Part shown: one piece after another, positions 62,041 through 64,000 of the stretch
Layout: every line of letters begins with the position of its first letter
Position numbering within the stretch: position 1 is the stretch's first letter
Assembly (NCBI RefSeq): GCF_016433145.1
Contig: NC_058132.1
Coordinates: forward strand, 298,419,267-298,483,266
DNA from: Gracilinanus agilis
Taxonomy: Eukaryota
Direction of reading: 5' to 3'
DNA: 64,000 nucleotides
Notes under the pieces: generated by a model
The model's database searches: none
What the model saw: the letters and a program-made list of their open reading frames with translations, nothing else
Told to the model about the DNA's origin: nothing
Translations under genes and position numbers: made by a program

Positions 62041-62429
62041 TAGCCTGCCTGAGTTAAGAGGTACAGGGTTTCTGCCATCTCTGCACAATGCCCATGTCGT
62101 TAATTTGGAGCAAGTGTCATAGATTTTTGGTTTTGATCACAAGAACTACTGGATGAGAGAGTGTGCATGGCTCAATAAAGGCCCTCAAAATTGTTGGGAA
62201 AAGCCATTCACAGCACTGCATTCAGATTGTGTGAGTAGTATCAACCTTTTTTGCAGACACATAGAGCAGCTTGTTTTCAGTCTGCTTCTTGGGGATATGA
62301 CTGAGACTGAATGAGATAATGCTTTCCTAGTGGTTTGAAGTTCTGGTTTAGAACTTTAGGTTCTTTGGAAAAAGAACTAATGGAGCATAGGGAGTCACTA
62401 CTATTATAATGTCTTTTCTTTTTTAAAAA

Positions 62430-62605
62430 AGAGCCAGGCCTAGAGACGGGAGGTCCTAGGTTCAAATCTGGCCTCAGACACTTCCTAGCTGTGTGACCCT
62501 GGGCAAGTCACTTGACCCCCGTTGCCTACCCTTACCACTCTTCTGCCTTGGAGCCAATACACAGTATTGACTCCAAGACGGAAGGTAAGGGTTTAAAAAA
62601 AAAAA
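62430..62605 (+). mobile_element. 5'-truncated near-consensus SINE1_Mdo, followed by the tail of an opposite-strand SINE (62613-62642) running into the gap
   Basis: gagccaggcctagagacgggagg...ccaagacggaaggtaagggttt(A)n with CpGs retained (young copy). Confidence 0.93.
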
Positions 62606-62642
62606 TCCATATCTTCCATCTTAGAATTAATACTGAGTATTG

Positions 62643-63008
62643 NNNNNNNNNNNNNNNNNNNNNNNNNNNNNNNNNNNNNNNNNNNNNNNNNNNNNNNNNN
62701 NNNNNNNNNNNNNNNNNNNNNNNNNNNNNNNNNNNNNNNNNNNNNNNNNNNNNNNNNNNNNNNNNNNNNNNNNNNNNNNNNNNNNNNNNNNNNNNNNNNN
62801 NNNNNNNNNNNNNNNNNNNNNNNNNNNNNNNNNNNNNNNNNNNNNNNNNNNNNNNNNNNNNNNNNNNNNNNNNNNNNNNNNNNNNNNNNNNNNNNNNNNN
62901 NNNNNNNNNNNNNNNNNNNNNNNNNNNNNNNNNNNNNNNNNNNNNNNNNNNNNNNNNNNNNNNNNNNNNNNNNNNNNNNNNNNNNNNNNNNNNNNNNNNN
63001 NNNNNNNN
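62643..63008. other. Assembly gap (366 N)
   Basis: Run of N. Confidence 1.
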
Positions 63009-63350
63009 TTATTATTCCTGTTGACTCCTTAGGAGCACAGGGCCGCAACCATCTCACGCCAACGGACTCTGTTCTGGGCAACTTCCCCCAGCTGGGCCCA
63101 TGTCATTCCGACCGTTTTTGTTTCATTTTCAGCAGATCTTCACCAGGTCTGTTTTGGTCTTCCAACTTTCCTCCTCCCTGAAGGGTTCCAGCTCAATGCT
63201 TGTCTGGCTACATTGTCTTCAGGTTTTCTTAGCGTATGTCCTATCCATTTCCACTTACGTTTCTTTATGTCCTGACTAATGGGATACTGGATTGTTCTTT
63301 CCCAGAGACTAGCATTGGAGATCTTTTTTACCACTCCAAAAATGTAGCAT
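63009..63350 (-). mobile_element. RTE-clade LINE 3' end (RT C-terminus, 3'UTR, TAA-type tail)
   Basis: Minus ORF 63140..63334 reads [12 protein letters not shown]...[11 protein letters not shown]...[19 protein letters not shown], a typical RTE C-terminus. ttattatt tail at 63009. Confidence 0.9.
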
Positions 63351-64000
63351 CACCACTCCCTACATAGTAGAATATGGACAATTAATATTGGATTAGAATA
63401 GTTTTGTGAAATAATTTTCCCTTTAGCCCTTCCATACCACCCCAAGAATAGTCTGATTTTAGAGTTAGTCTGAAACAAGTATTTGCCCCAAGCTATGAAA
63501 CTGGGTTGAATTGTCCTTTCTTTTGTTTAGATCTTAAAAGGATAAAAAAGGATTAAGGGCAGGGCTGGCTAGCCTTGGTGAACTGGGGGCCCATTTGAAA
63601 AATTAAGTAAGCTCTGCAGCCATGTTGGACTGATCAAGTCACATGGTGAGGAGAAAAAGGAGTGTTGGCATCTTCTTTCTATGGAAAAAAGACCTGCTTC
63701 TTTCTGTGATGAGGGAAGAGTTGTGGTCACTAAGTTCACCTCCTCAGTGGCTATTTACCAATCAGAGATATCTTGGGATACCAAGGAAAGGGACTTAGTG
63801 GTGGGGTCACAAAGGGTATAGAGCCATGTTAGTGAACCTATGGCACATATGCTGGAATGTGCCAGAATGTGCCAGAAGAGGCTGCTCCCTTTTCCACATG
63901 CACCTGAGGACATTCCTCACATCACCTGCCCCTCTTCCCAGCAGTCCAATGAGAGTGCTTCCTCCCTCCCCTACCTGGGATAAGGGCAAGGGGCTCATAT

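Noticed and set aside
11772-64000. Further TMEM163 exons or a second host gene
   Set aside because: A visual search for the next expected peptide and for other spliceable coding segments found none. A short exon could still be missed without tBLASTn.

Overview
This is eukaryotic, AT-rich, CpG-depleted, repeat-dense genomic DNA from a didelphid marsupial, most likely the opossum Monodelphis domestica. The assignment rests on near-consensus SINE1_Mdo-type, Mar1-type and L1_Mdo-type repeats recognised from memory. There are four assembly gaps. The window lies inside TMEM163 (zinc efflux transporter, CDF/ZnT-like) on the + strand. Only two small coding exons are present: 10181-10224 (44 nt) and 11680-11771 (92 nt), which splice in frame to VSVMRYSASAFGFA|FDAILDVLSSAIVLWRYSNAAAVHSAHREY. 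The flanking exons lie outside the window, so everything else is intron. The intron holds a 2.8-kb 5'-truncated L1 with a 15-bp TSD nested in an L2, further L1/L2/L3/RTE fragments, MIR/Mar1/SINE1 SINEs, hAT-Charlie MITEs, probable solo LTRs, a decayed 7SL retrocopy and microsatellites. Most other listed ORFs are chance ORFs, antisense-L1 ORFs or N-gap artefacts. I found no convincing novel multi-gene system. The best second-look items are a SINE/RTE chimeric insertion, a SINE pseudo-dimer under one TSD, a 3x50-bp palindromic NFI-like tandem array, a 78-bp dispersed direct repeat and several motif-dense candidate enhancers. Repeat family names and boundaries were assigned by eye and are approximate.
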